From Gonapodya sp. JEL0774 (taxonomy: Eukaryota), in the NCBI GenBank assembly GCA_027604505.1, contig JADIIX010000023.1:62001-126000 (forward strand): a DNA stretch of 64,000 nt, in the 5' to 3' direction. This document shows positions 14,104 to 30,009 of the stretch, in pieces. The position numbers and the translations under genes were made by a program. Below the pieces are notes generated by a model. That model saw only the letters and a program-made list of their open reading frames with translations. It was not told where the DNA came from and did no database searches. The first letter of the stretch is position 1; every line of letters begins with the position of its first letter.

Positions 14104-14443
14104 TCGGCGTTGGAGTGCCTACTTTCGCTACTGCAATTCAATTGGAGTGTGGAGAGCTGCAACATGCATTCTGTCACATATATGCATATCATAGTGGACA
14201 TTACTTAGTCGTGACCGTTTACTTGCAAAGTTCCACAATAATTGTCATGATCACCGTCATCTGTCACAATTTCGTAATTTATTTGCACTCCTCGACAACT
14301 TCTATGCCAATGTCTAAGTAGAAACAGCACCCACTCGAAGCCCGCGCGGAATCAGTGGTGGCGATATTTTCAATGCCGCTCGCCCCGATGCACAGGCAGG
14401 CGGTCAGGAATTCACGCGAGTTTCATATCAAGCAACGACCAAC

Positions 14444-16611
14444 TTAAAAGACCTACAAAGAGATGACGTGAGAGATCAGTCCGAACACACCAATATTGAC
14501 TGCTTGGACCGTTATTACTTACAGCTCCCCACCCGAAAATTCCTTTTATCGGATGCCAGAACTTCTTCTCCCATCCATCACTGTTCAAGACATAAAATTA
14601 TTATCACGACCTCACCTACACACACTAAAAACGCAAAGTCTACTCACGCGACCTCGTCTTTCTCTCCTATAGGAACCCCAGTCTGCACCAGTTTCAACTT
14701 CGTGCTCCCATCAAGCCGTTCCAAATCGATGGTCACAGTAGATAAGTGACCGGCAGCCCATGACGATAAACGCCAAGACAAGACAATACGTTGATTAGGA
14801 GTCTAGGGAGAAAATTGTGTTGAACTGTTGTCCCGACACACGCGCTTAGCGGCCAACCATTGCCAACGTACTAGCTCCTTGAACTCCCCACTGACATTAC
14901 CACCCATAACTTCGTATCTCCCTCCGACCCTCTCATCCACGCGGGCAGGTCCTCGCGTCCAGACCACCACCCTGCTCTGGTCTACGAGTGCTCGGTAAAG
15001 CTCCTCTGGTGCGCACACAAACTCAACCGTTTGCACAACGGTGGTGGTAGAGCCCTTCACAGTGGAGTCAGAAGCAGGTGTGGATTTGGCGGGGGATGGG
15101 GAGGACGATTTGCCGGGGTGTGTGGGAAGGACGGGATGTCCGACCATATCGTGTTTCTCGATGTAAACGTCCTTACGGTTGACTGGGCGGTCATAGTGAT
15201 GTAATTGGGTGGTTAACATCTGTTGTGGTACTGTCGGAGTTCTGCACGGCGTGATCACCACCACAAGTGTAGTGAGGCTCGTACAGTCTTACAGCCATCA
15301 TTTAACATTTTCATCACTCCAATATCACTCCAATGGACTCAGAAACTGATTCCAACTTGAATCTCTCGCGAAATTCACACCACAGATTTGCTTGACCCTG
15401 CATCATTATTCCACATCGGCCAGCAGCACACCAGTTGGGCAACTCACACTCTATCAAATCCTCTTGGAATTGGAAAATTCTCTTCCCCACCGCCGGAACC
15501 AACTTCTTCTTTATCAAGTCTCTGATCTTGCTGTCGGATGCTGCATCGCCGTCAATAGTTATTTGAGCCTGACCCTCCATGTCATCGGTATCTTGGTCGT
15601 TCATGCATTCAGGGAAGGTCACCCTACCGGTAAACTTGTCGCCGGCGGGGATTTGGGCTGCAATTTGAAGAGACGGTCACTGAGTCTTGAAACGAGACAC
15701 GAAGAATATGATCAAGAAGCGACAATGTATCCCATTACGAATCAAATTGACCTTCCAAGTGCCAAACTCAAGCATCTTATCCAATAATGAGCAGTACCGG
15801 CGTTGCTGTTGCCCAACTCGTCGCTCAATTCCAACACCATCAACTCACCCTCCCATGAAAAGTTCACGGCCAAGTCAAAGATTGTGATAAGTTTTCCTTT
15901 TCGTTGATTGAGTTCTACGTCGCCCGTAACGGAGGTGACCGTATTGACTTTGGCAGTGGTTCCATCTGCACCTTCCACTGAGACTTCCTTGAGGTTCGTC
16001 TTGAGGTAGTCCGAAGTCCATTGAGTGCAGTTCTTGGAAACCCTACATGTCGTGCGTTCAGGGAGGAAGGTCATACGGTCGATGTATTGTGGGGTTGGAA
16101 ATTGTTGTCAAGAATTTCAGTACGCAGGAACTCGAAAGTTACTTCACTGAAGCATAGTCATTTCCGACACAAAAAACACGTTGATAGCAACTCACCAGTG
16201 CCAGCTGTGTGATTTTCATCCGTGGTTCGAGAGTCCCGATTTTCATTGCAAATTGGAAGTGATCAGTAGGGCGGGTGAAGACCACGGTACAGAGACAAGA
16301 GATACAAGAACGTCATGATGGTTTAGGATAATGATGTACATGACCCATTGATGAGGGAGAGTTCGCGGTTAGCGAAAGATGGCACCCAGCGTTGTGAGAC
16401 GCACTTGTTGACATTCTTCCAGTTGGTCTGACCTGCTCAAGCCGTGTCAGCAAACAAAGAAAAGGCACAAAAGCCCGAGAAGAGTTTCAGTCAATGTGAG
16501 GCGTTGCCCCGATGAGAACCAGTTTGGAGAGCAGTGATCACGTTTTCGATGAAGGGCATTGAATGAAACATTGCTTTCACCATGAACATCTGGCTAAAAG
16601 CTCACCTCCAT
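14444..16611 (-). CDS. AHA1: Hsp90 co-chaperone Aha1, multi-exon with a 9-nt micro-exon
   Basis: Spliced N-terminus METNWKNVNNWHWVSKNC; GDVELNQRKGKLITIFD; C-terminal AHSA1/START-like domain ending GWEKKFWHPIKGIFGW. Confidence 0.92.
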
Positions 16612-16964
16612 TTGCAGCAGACATCTCAACACGCGATTCGACTCAGGAATGACAGGTAAGGATTGGAAAGGCGGCTTGAAGAAGTGAGTGGGATCAGGAG
16701 CGAAACTGGTCGAATTTCGGAAGAGCCATGCACAGGGATCAATACAAACAATCCGACAAATTCGCATTGCGGATCAGCTCATGCTAGGCTCATGCAGGCA
16801 ATCAGTATTTCAACCACAGAAGCTTGAGTCATCGACAGGATATTATTGGATTTACAGAATAATAATCGAACTGATTTTCGCGGAGTACCGCAGGGGGGTT
16901 ACCAAAAAATCAGCCGGGGATGCTGTGGACTGCCCGTAGCAAAACCATCAGTTCAGTTACAACC

Positions 16965-17791
16965 ATGAATAAACAGAAGCAAAAAGAGCCATCGCAGCCA
17001 TTTGTTGAGCAGGTGGAAACGCCAGCTGATGACGCCATCCATGTTTTGCTTGATGGTTCGCCAGACTCGAGGAGGACGACACCTGCACCAATCGTCACCT
17101 CTCTCTCCCCATCCCATGACCGGCGCATTGGCTTCACGATCGACAATCTCGTGACACCAGCAGAGTGTGAAGCCTTGATTCACCACACTGAACGCTTGGG
17201 CTACACTCAAGCGTTGCTCAACGTCGGTGGAGGCCGGCAGATACTCGCGACGGATGTAAGGAAGAGCTCGCGACGAATTGTGGATTCAGAGAGACTGGCA
17301 GCGGCGTTGTGGGAGAGAGTGGCGCCGTACGTTCCCCAGATGATTGGAACGGAGGTTGTGGGACTCAATGAGCGACTACGATTCCTGAAATATGAAAAGG
17401 GTGATGTCTTTCGGCAACACATGGATGGGCGATACATGGTATGTGATGAATTTTTTGTGTCATAGCATTGCGAACGTGATTGGAAGGCAGTGTTCTTCTT
17501 CCACAGCGCCCAGACAAATCTGCAGCGTCTATCCTGACACTTCAACTCTACCTTAACACAAACTTTACCGGTGGGGCAACCACCATGTGGTTCAAACCCA
17601 ATCGAGAAATCGATCTATTGGAGGACAAGACTCAAGAGGTGTGGTACGGGGTTGTCCCTGTGGTCGGCCGAGTGGCTATTTTCGACCACGATATTCTTCA
17701 TGAGGGGGCAGTGGTGGTCGAAGGCGTCAAGTATTCAATGAGAACTGATATCATGTACAAGTATTTCCCGCCAAGGAAGCCAGGTCGCTGA
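16965..17791 (+). CDS. 2-oxoglutarate/Fe(II)-dependent dioxygenase (prolyl 4-hydroxylase-like), 2 exons
   Basis: GLNERLRFLKY..GD.F..HMDG (HxD); LTLQLYLN..FTGGAT; HEGAVV..GVKYSMRTDIMY (distal His and Arg). Confidence 0.88.
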
Positions 17792-18766
17792 GTAAATGCA
17801 GATTAGGATGTGAGAAAGGGCGGTCACATTTTGGAAACTGTGCGCGACAGCCATCAGTCACTGAAGCCGATCACCCAACTCAGCTCAACTTGTCTCCACC
17901 AAAAATACTGAAATAGCCAGTACATCAATCCTAACATAAATAAATATAAAATCATTAAATGCCGTGATTCCGGCTAAATTGTGAAAACTCATGGGATTTG
18001 GGTGCATTTAGCTGGTCTAGAGGTCCATTTTGGTGCTGACACAACTGTCACTCTTCATTATCAGAAAGCTACCAGCGAAATCAAAGCTTTCTTCCCATGA
18101 GTTTGTGATAGAATTGGGAGGTAAGGGGGCCCGGGTTCGGTGACCGATTGCTGTCGCGCACTTTAGATGCAAGAGAATGTGTTTCCAACATCTTTGCATG
18201 GGTGTCATGCATCTTCTTGTGATACTTGAGTTCTGCCCACTCTCTCCATCTGGTTTTTGGAAGGGGTACCATGTACATTCCTTTCCTCCTTGGTGAAGTC
18301 AGTTTTTGTTTTTGTAGATAGATTCCTGGGAGGTGGATTGAGTAAGAATATGTCGATGTCAATACAATTGACCAGACACATGAACTAGCGAGGTGCTGCG
18401 CATTAGGTCAGACAAGTGGGTGTAAAGTTCAATGCAGATGAGTGATGACGGTGCCATCATCCAGTAGTCATAGTACGATTGTAAATTTGAGTAGCTATTG
18501 GCAGTTGAATCAGCGGCTTACATATGTGGAAGGTTGGACCAACGGCAACGGGGCCGTTCAGTTGTTTCCGCCCGCAAGTTTCATCGGCAACCAACCGTTC
18601 AAGCACTGATTTCCACTGGCTCTCATTGCTCGGACGTGCTACCATATCCCAATCCAGATCAACTCGCAGCTGGAAAACCAACACGAACAGCGAACTCGGT
18701 GTTTCGCTTCCGAATTATCCGAAAAATTGCTTCCGCGATTCCTTGTTGGCCCTTCAACCCCGGACG

Positions 18767-21354
18767 ATGTCCCAACCCAATCCCGATCAAGAAGATCGCA
18801 AAGATCGGAACATTCCACAATCCGATTCGGCGATGCCTCCTCCTGCATCCCCGTCGCTCTTCCGCTCAATGTCTACCACCATTTCCAAATCCTACTCCTC
18901 CGTCTCACCCGCATACGCCAGTGCTGATTCCATATCTTCGGGCAGAAAATCGCTTATGCTCTTGGTCCTCACCGTTTACGCATTTGCAGGGAGTGCCGCG
19001 AATGTTATGGTGAATCCATCCCTCCTGGCCATAGAGACCGACTTGAAGTAAGCTTTTGTGAATCATGGAATGAAAAGAACGAGTGTGCTGGGTGATTAGG
19101 GGGTTGGGAAGCCAAGCACATTCAGAAACTCATGATTCCTCATCGGTTATCTTCAGCACTTCTGCGCAGGCGGTCAACTCCTCAGCAAGCGTGGCCAGCT
19201 TCATGACCGGCGTGGCCCCCCTCTTTTGGGCACCGCTCGCAGATGGTGAGATATTGCCTTCAATCCAGTAATCTGGATCCCGTGATGGAGCTCTTTATCC
19301 CATACCATATTCACTTTGGATCACTCGCAACCTCCACTCATCAGCTCGCGGTCGCCGGTTCACATGTCTGATTAGCGGTCCTATTGGTATTGCCGCGTGC
19401 TTGATTGGCGTGTTTGTCCCCAATATCGGACTGTACTATGTCGCGCGCATTCTGCAACAAATTGGAAGCTCTGCGGTACTGGTAGCTGGTGCAGGGACGA
19501 TCGCGGACATTTTCCCCCGTGAGAAAAGGTAATGGAATGATGGCGATGCCTCGCGTGTCAGCCTGATGCGGCGACTTGCCTTTGATCATCACTGACGTGT
19601 ATCATTCAACTAGAGGCTCAGCGTTGGGCCACTTCTACTTGGGCCTCACCGGTGGTGCTGCAGTGGGTCCTGCGTTAGGCGGAGTTATTGCCCAGTACCT
19701 TGGAGGCTGGAGAGCCACGTTTGTGTTCGCGTCAATATTTTGTGAGTTGGACGAGGCGTGTCACTCGTGCCCGCTGTCATTTGCGGTGTCTCCTCATTGA
19801 CTGGATTTTAAACGTAGGGACCGCCATATATCTGCTGCTGGTTCTCTTAATCCCAGAAACTCTTCCAAAGCAAGCCCTGGGCGTGGCGGCAAGCCGTGAC
19901 AGCCCATTGCGAGTTTTGCAGATGAGTGAGTTTTGTGTGCGGTAATGCAACATCCCAAAACTTTCGTTGGAGCTCCAAGCTGCATTTCAGATTTCAACAA
20001 AGCGGTACTCGCAATTGTTTTACTCAATGCGACTACGTTTGGCGTTCTTTTCACCATTAATGTCACGATTGCGAGAGACTTGTAAGGATATCCATCCACA
20101 AATTGTTTCGTCCATTCTCCCACTTCGCACTAGTGACAGTATTCCCTCTCAAACTTCCCAGTCCAACATTCTACGGATTCTCCATATCACAGGCGGGATA
20201 CGTCCAATTATTTATGGGCAGTGGGATGCTTCTGACGACATTTGTGTCGGGGGTGAATACGCGATCATGCCACCTTTTGCACTCCTCCACTCACAAGTTT
20301 AAAAAACCTTCCTCAACTCAATCAGTACATGACCGACACAGCTGTTCGTACGTGGAAAGCACGCCGACACGGCGTAGCGGTACCTGAAGATCGCCTCCGC
20401 AATTCGTGGGTCCCACTTACGGTGTTGGTTCTCGGGTGCTTAGTGAGTCCAACCCACAACAAAAAGAACCTTGGAATACAGAAATTTCGTGCCACTATTT
20501 TAATATCTTTTTATTCCTAGATTCACGGGTGGTCGATTCGGTATAGGGGTGAGTGTAATTTCTTGCGGTAAGCGTGACACTGTCTGAAAATATGCTTCCT
20601 ACCCATCCAGCTCATTGGACTGTTCCCGCAGTTGGTGCATGGTGTGTCATCGGCTGATTTAATGGAACCGAATATTCGACCTAAACTACTTATACGTAGG
20701 CTGACAGGGTTCGGGATGATGGGATTGTAAGTGCGCTTCGGAGCAATGCCTCATTATACACCATTCATAACTATCGTTCCCGTTCCAAGCGGCACACCCT
20801 TAAACTCTTACCTCATTGACTTGGTGGGTCCCATGGTTTTCGTCAACGCCGAGAGGGTGCCATTTTACGCCTTCCGTCATAAGTTCGCAACCAGGGCTGC
20901 CTCAATTATCGCAGCCGCCAACTTTCTTCGATTCACTTTTGCTTCGCTTGGGCCTTTAATAATGTGCGTGAAATTTGCTGGACTGTTGTTCACTGCGAAC
21001 TTCAAGGTTCCTTTCGACTCGTTACTCAGTGCGCCCGCATACGATCACATTGGGAGCGGGTGGCTGTACACGATATGGGCCATCGTCAATTTCTTTGCAT
21101 TTCTTTGTGTGGTGTGGGTTATGGTAAAAGGGACGGTCTATCGATCAACTGTTGAACCATGGAAATCCAGTCCCGCGACCGCGATGCAAGCACGCGCGGT
21201 GCTTGGAACCCATGTTACCGATGCAGAGCGTGGAGAAAGGGAGGGTGGTGAGACAGGATCCCCACTTGTGAAATCGCTAGGAGGTGGCCTTGCCGAGATA
21301 TCTGTTTTAGACTCTGACACAGGGGACGTGGCCGGCAAAAAAGGGGAGCGATGA
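18767..21354 (+). CDS. Major facilitator superfamily transporter (DHA1-like), many short exons
   Basis: APLFWAPLAD|QLAVAGS region; GAGTIADIFPREK|RGSALGHFYLG; GPALGGVIAQYLGGWRATF; VPEDRL; AASIIAAANFLRF. Confidence 0.85.
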
Positions 21355-21444
21355 TAGCACTCGAGACATATGTACAGCGACTCTAATTTGTAAATACGAA
21401 TTTGTTTCGGCGGAGCAAGCCAACGGCCGATCACCAAAGTGAGG

Positions 21445-22942
21445 ATGTCCGACAACATGCACACTCTTCCAAGCGGTGGCGTTTGCCTAGCATCATCCCT
21501 ATCATACAAAACATCAACTCCCAGTAGATATCTGCATATTGCTTGGTATTCCTCCGGTCATGGTGTGCAATCTTCTATCTCCGTTCCTGCGTTCAAAGGT
21601 TCCCACTGAGACCTTCTCACTCGGACAGGATTCGGGCATGCGGTACGCTCTTCTATCTCAGTTCGAGCTCTTCTTGTGCGTGGCCATCGCGTTACAGTTT
21701 CAACGTCCGCCCCTGCTTTCCTGTTTTCGGATATTGCACACGAATTTCCAGATACATTTGCATTCCGATCGATTCAAGTCGACACCGGTGTTGTGCAAAC
21801 GGACGCTGTAACCGTAGACAGATCAGCTACTCTAGCTCGTTTTGTTGAGTTTCTTCAACCGGGATCGGCAGCCGATCAGTTTTTGGAGACGGAACCGATA
21901 TGGCTGCACGAGAATACGGTAGATGTTGTCGCTGTTGATGCTCCGTACCTCCCACTTTCTGCCTCCAGGAAGGCTGGTATTCTGTCCGTCATTGTATCCA
22001 ATTTCACTTGGGATTCAATTCTGGAGCATCTGGCTGACGGGATTCACAAATACTTGGTCAAGCAGGTGACCACAATGTACAAAGACGCAAACTATCTCAT
22101 TCGGTGAGGATTTACATGCAAAGGCAAGGCGCTTGTGAGGGCCTCTCTGCCACATCTTGCCGTTCCGCCGATCGCCATTGCTTCTCACAACAGTGTTCAG
22201 CATGGGCGGTGAAATTTCCATCCCGTCTTTTCCTAAACCAGCGCCTCCACGCTCGCTTGACATTCCGCTTGTCGCTAGAGTTCCTCGGACCCCTCCTTCA
22301 GTCACTCGCAACCGGCTTGGTATTTCATCGTCCTTTCGAATTCTATTGGTTGCATTCGGAGGTCATGATCTGCGACATGCTCTCTCTGGAGGTGATGATG
22401 TACTCCCAGATGGTTGGATTGCTGTTGTTGTCGGGCCGGCGGGCAAGTTGTCAACGAGTGGACATGGCCGCCGGTTTATGGTTATTTCGGATCCGACAGA
22501 ATTTGTACCTGATCTGGTTTCTTGTGCTGATGTGGTACTCGGCAAGCTTGGATACGGTACTTGCAGTGAAGGTGCGTTTAACCAACACAGTTTTACTACC
22601 TGGTCTCAGATTCCGACTGTAAATATCTGGGAACAGTACTTGCTCTCCACAAACCTCTTTTGTATGTCCCGCGTCCCGATTTTGTGGAGGAGGCAGGACT
22701 GCTCCGCCTCATGCAACAACACGGTGGGTTTGCATGACCTCTGGAAACGTCAGAGTCGAGCTTTATAGACCTGTTTCATTTCAGGAAAGGCTGTGGAGAT
22801 GCCCTGGCCAGATTTTAGCGAAGGTCGATGGAAGCTCTATATTGAGGAGGCCGCGCTTTGGAACGGTGTGCCTCAGGAGAAAGTTGTAATTGGGGGAGAG
22901 GTCGCCATAGTGGAGTCATTAGAACGATGGGCTGGACAGTAG
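21445..22942 (+). CDS. Stand-alone L-arabinokinase N-terminal-like (GT-B fold) protein
   Basis: Spliced YSSGH|GFGHAVRS; VDTGVVQTDAVTVD; SNFTWDSI; VPDLVSCADVVLGKLGYGTCSE; YVPRPDFVEEAGL. No GHMP kinase domain follows. Confidence 0.75.
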
Positions 22943-23387
22943 CCCAACCAACACATTGTGGGAACGAGTTGATGGACCGTGATTATGAGGTATAATTGTC
23001 GGTAACGCGGTTTGACCAATGCAACATAGAACACCCTTAAACATGATCGAAAACAGACGTGATCTTCTAGGCGCTGCCCGTATCCTCCGAATGATCCTGT
23101 TCGTTCTTATCACCTGTGCGTCCTCTGCTCCTTGTTCCTCCACTTTCACCTTGGCAACACCACCAGTACCAAACTCTTTGTACACTTTGGTTAACCTCTC
23201 CAGCTCCAGCTCCCTCGATGCAGGCAAAACCCCGTTTTAAAGAAATTACTTGCTTTTGGGAGCCCTTAGTTGATATCTTGGACAGCGCAACTCAGCAACA
23301 CTAACACGCAACAATATTTATCTGGTTTAACCCGCCCCAAGTATTATTCATGTTATGCAAATCAATTCGTGAAAATGTTTCTCAATT

Positions 23388-24717
23388 CTATTGCCGGGAC
23401 TTCTTGCTTCCTCTTGTTTTCTGCTTGTTTGGCACTGCCTCGTCATCCGCATCAGCATTCTCACTCTGCTTCCGCTTTCCCTTTCCGGCCGTCGCCTTTT
23501 TATCCACACCTCCATACTTGGCTTCAATTGATGCCATCATTGCATCGAATCGTTGCTCTTGTGTTTTCTTCTTGCTCAAAATCAGTTGCTTCAGGGAGTC
23601 CTCTTCTGCGTCTTCACCTTCCCCCCCCCTTGTTTTGCCAATCTTTCGCAGTCGCTCATCCAGTCCCAATTTCTTGCGCAATTCTTCCGCTTCTTCGGCC
23701 TCCTTGTTGGCTTGCTTGACCCGGCGCTTGACCGCAGCCCCGGACGTCGACCTTCTGTATGCAGCGGTGGGCTTCAGGGTTTTGTCGGCGATAAGAGCGT
23801 CTATGACGGATTTCAGACGGGATTCTTCTTCAACGGAAGAGAGGAGAACCGTTTCCTGGAAAGGAAGATACGATAATTAGATGAGAGCATCCAATGATGA
23901 GCTTTCAAACAAAGCGTTACCAAAATCAGACCCATATCACCCTTGGCATCATCGTAGGCCCTCACAATGTCCTCCTTTTCTTCTTCGGATCCTGAGTGGC
24001 ATCGTGAGATTTAAGCAATTCGCTGAGATGTCAATGCAGTGACTGTTTCGACGAACCCTTGTATCCTTTGGCGAACTCTTCAATTTTTAGCGCATCCACA
24101 AATCCTCCGTAAAGATCCGCGAAGTACGCGTCCAGGTCCTTACTGCTACCCTGGTAGTCATGGAACACAGAGGAGCCGGCGTCTTTGACACTGCCGGTGC
24201 GATCGTAACGTGCTCTCTTATCATCATCACTTAAGATAGAGTAGTATCTGGAACAAGGAATATGATGCATGCTTTGTGTGGGGTAACAATGAGCTTTGAC
24301 GAGACAGGTTCCTCACAAAGCAAGTCGTTGAAAACCCCGGGTTTTCGCAAGCTTTTCCTCATCACATGCTTCAGGAGAGAGCTTGTCGGGGTGATGCCTG
24401 TACAATTCGACAAGTTCAACGTCAAATCAAACGAATACCATTTGCGAAGATCCTGATCATGGCCGTCTTATGTGTCAATCGTACTCGATTGGACAAAAGC
24501 GACCCATTTCTCACCTTAGTGCAAGTTTCTTGTACGCTCGCTTAATTTCTTCCAAAGTAGCTCCCTTGGTGATGCCAAACGCGGTGTAGATGTCTTCGTC
24601 TTTCCCGAACACCTCATCAAGGTCGGCCTTTGCCTCGGCTGGTTTTCCACTGAAGCTGATATGTTCAGATTCCTCAGATTTCACAGACTGCTCTCGCGCT
24701 TTCTTCTTCGCGACCAT
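23388..24717 (-). CDS. DnaJ-domain protein, DNAJC9-like
   Basis: J-domain: DIYTAFGITKGATLEEIKRAYKKLALR, YSILSDDDKRARYDRTG; YKGSEEEK..IV.AY; C-terminal LKQLI....QEQRFDAMMASIEAKY. Confidence 0.88.
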
Positions 24718-24866
24718 GCCAGTGAGTGAGTAAAATTAGATTGGTGAGAAGATTTTCACAGGAGCCTCCGAATATGACATCAACCCGCTCCACGAGCTTG
24801 AAATCGTTGCAAAAGTAAACATCTAGTCTGCTTTGCTAATAAGTAACAGTGAATATAGTGCCAACT

Positions 24867-26971
24867 TCAATATGTCAAATCATCACACCACCCCATCACC
24901 GGAATGCAGTCCAGATACTAGAGAATAGCGTGGTTAGCATTCGAATCGACGACTCTGGGATTCTCACGAGAACGAGATAAGACTGTTACTCACTTTACAC
25001 CAGGAGCATTGCGAAGCTGTTCCATTGTAGAAGAACAGAAACAGTAACACAAATATGACAATAATGCTCGGAATAGCAAGAACCATGAGAATCCGCTTGC
25101 GGCGCTTATCCCACTTCCCAAAAGTAATAGTAGGCATGAAAATGAGCCCCGTAAAAATGCCCGTGAAGAATCCTCCCAAATGTGCGAAGTTATCAATGTA
25201 GGGCAAAAGACCAATGCCTAGTGAGATGATGACTACGATGGACATCTTGAATAGTTCGAGCCACGGCCTTTGGATTAGCGACCAGTTTTGGAGGAGGTCC
25301 AAAACAAGACATGCCAGCAGACCTTTTGCATGATGGCAGGTCCACATTGACTGATATAAAACGGACTAATTTCCAAGCCCACTCACCGTACAATGCACCA
25401 CTACTTCCAACGCTGACACTCAGTACGGTGAAATTCCCTCCAAACACAAATCCTGCAATTCCACTGGCCATGTAGATAATGCCTATTCTCCAAGCACCAA
25501 AATCTCTCTCCATAGCCACTCCGGTCCGTAATTGGAATGCAGCGTTGAAGATGAAATGTACAATCCCGCCGTGTAGGAAAATAGGCACGATAAAACGGTA
25601 CCATTGATCGGGTTTGCCACTGAAGCCGCAAACATCCGATAACTTGCAAGGCGCTGTCACGCCTACAGGACAATAAGGGAGGTAAGTGGTGCTTGCATTG
25701 CTGGTGTACGTTGGGACGGTACGGATGCACGGAACAAAGCGTGCCCCCATGCGTATGAGCGGCTATTTGAGGTCAAGAAGAATATAAGAAGCAGGACGCT
25801 AGCGTAACGTCAATCCGGAACGTACACCAGATGCTGGGCCAATCATGTAGTTAAAGGACGGCTGAGTCTGGATGAACTCGCCCGTCATGTCCTTGTTCAC
25901 CGCGAAAGAAAGTATGACCATCGCAAACTGCACCAGTGTTGCAGCATACATGAAATATGGCCGGTGCTGTTTCAGCTTAGCGAGTTGCTCTCGAACTTTA
26001 GGGTTGTTAAGAGCCTTCGGCAGATTCTGTGATCGATTTCGCTCCTTCTCTCGAGCATTTCCGCGGCGCAGAGAGCCACTTTTCGGAATCTGCTGCATGT
26101 CATTGGAGCCATAAGGAATTGGAGCTTGGTCAAAGCCGTCATGGGTGGGGTACGGCTCGTTCTCCTCCGTTGGCGGCGCATCGAAATGAGCATGAGCCTC
26201 GCCCTTCCGTTTGAAACCGGGGGAGTGTGTTGAGGTTGGTGAGGAATAAGCCTGAGACCCATTCGCTCCTGATGATTTTGAGAGATTAACCAGTTATATG
26301 CGTTTTCATTTGGCCTTAAGGTTAATCTGTACACACACACCTCTGTCCCACCCAATCTCGTCGTGCATCGAAGTAACCGCACCGGGTGAACGGTAAGCTT
26401 GCCCACCAGTAGGGGGTATCTGCTGTAGGTGAATGTACGACGGCTGGCCGCCAGCGGCTCGTTCCGGCGCTTGAGGTCCATGTTCAATAGAATTGGGACC
26501 TCCTATAAGCGTGTCACCCGTTTCTTCGTCCACGTAAAAATCATAGTCTGATATTTCCGATTGACCGTCATCGGGGAACCCTGGTCGATATGCGGGCACC
26601 ATCCCACTAGAGCCTGCCTCCAAATACGATCCAGAAGCATTATCCATGTATGCTGTGCCCCTCTGGCCTCTTCCCTCTTGACCAGAGGAAGGAGCACCCG
26701 CAGCGTTGTCCCTCGGCACGAAATAGCTGTATCCTCTGTAAGCTTCATCGTCCGGATATTCACTATTGGGGTCACCGACGACAAAGTTCCATATGCTACT
26801 GCCAATGTTTGTGGACCCAGTGTTTCGACCCTGCTGAGGGGACCGAGGTCCCATATTGTCAGGCCCTATATCAGAACGTGAGGTACTCCGAGGGGCGGGT
26901 GGACGCCCCGAGGGTGACGTGTGGGCATAGTGGACAGCAAATTGGCCGTTTGTGCTTCGGTAATCGGTCAT
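24867..26971 (-). CDS. Rhomboid-family intramembrane serine protease with a long cytosolic N-terminus; start uncertain
   Basis: PDQWYRFIVPIFLHGGIVH; catalytic VGSSGALYG and IDNFAHLGG; FNYMIGP; C-terminal CSWCK|YLDCIP..GWC. Confidence 0.9.
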
Positions 26972-28073
26972 CGTGGTATCACTGTCACCTGCAGTGCGTG
27001 CTTGAGCTGTGAGAGGTTTGTATCCTTCCAAGACCGGGTATGATCCCGAAGAAGGATAAACACGCTTCAGAGATCGTCTAGAAAGGAGTGAATCCTCTGG
27101 CCACACAGTGTTCGCGGATGCTCGGTTGCGAGCTTGTGGAAGGAGCTCAGACTCAAATTCTGAGAGGGTGACCAATGGATCGAGAGAAGGGTCAGACGCC
27201 AGGTTTGGCAATAATGTAGGAAGCCGGACCGAGAATCACGATGAGCTCGCGAAACTTGGACCGTGGGCAAACTGCAAGTGGATTGAGGTTGGGAAGTGGT
27301 CCCCTGAACACCAGTCTTAGACAAACCCGCGACACACTACACGCCAAGCACACATCGCAATTATCATTATTCACCCCTATCATGGATGTAGAACGGAAGG
27401 GCGTTTCACTTTTGGAATGCCAACCTAAATATCTATCCTCCGTGGAGTGTGGAAATGAACACTATTGTATCCCCTTCCTGAAGTTCGTAGCTCAATTGCC
27501 CCTCTAATTCCCAGTCAGCATCGTTGATGAGGACAAGCACACCAGGTCGCCTGTAGCTCCGTTCTATGAGAAAGCGTCGCTTCCAATCCCGCACTGCAAC
27601 TTATCCTCATTTACTCACACGGTGTCACCTTGCATAAACATATCTGGCTTGCTTTTGAGCATTGTGTCTCGCACCCATGGAAGCAATGTCTTCATAGTCT
27701 TCACTGTCTCAGGAACTGTTGAAGGTGCCCGTTTCATTCCCCCAAACAACAGTTCCATTCCACCACTGGCAACCTCAATTATCGGAGTAGAAAATTATAC
27801 CATCGTAGCAGAACAGTTCCGTTGAATGACCAGTCCCCAAAGAAACATGTGAGAGCAGGTGATGAGGACGATACATGACTGAAAAGGCAAAGAGAAACTA
27901 GTCGAATAAATTTTCCCCACCTGAACTCGAGTATCAGCTTCATGAATCAACTCTAGTTAAATATCCTCTTTGCTCGGATTGACTTTGCTTGGTTTCTTGT
28001 TTGGTCTTGTTCCTTCAAATCACCCGAAACCCTGGTTCTTCAAGCGGGGATTCTCATCACTCCATAGCATCCA

Positions 28074-29857
<1,784 letters not shown>

Positions 29858-30009
29858 GGGAATTCAACAATTGTTTGGGCACACTACTTGAGCAAAATGA
29901 AAGGAACGCCTGTGTATGTAATCCAAGAATCAAAGCTAATTTGTTTACATCATCCAAACTGCTGGACTATGGGGTGTCCTTCACTCCCCCAACATTGCAA
30001 GCACACCAC

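Noticed and set aside
18081..18362. 93-aa basic ORF
   Set aside because: No recognisable domain and no clear ATG or exon structure; cannot be supported.
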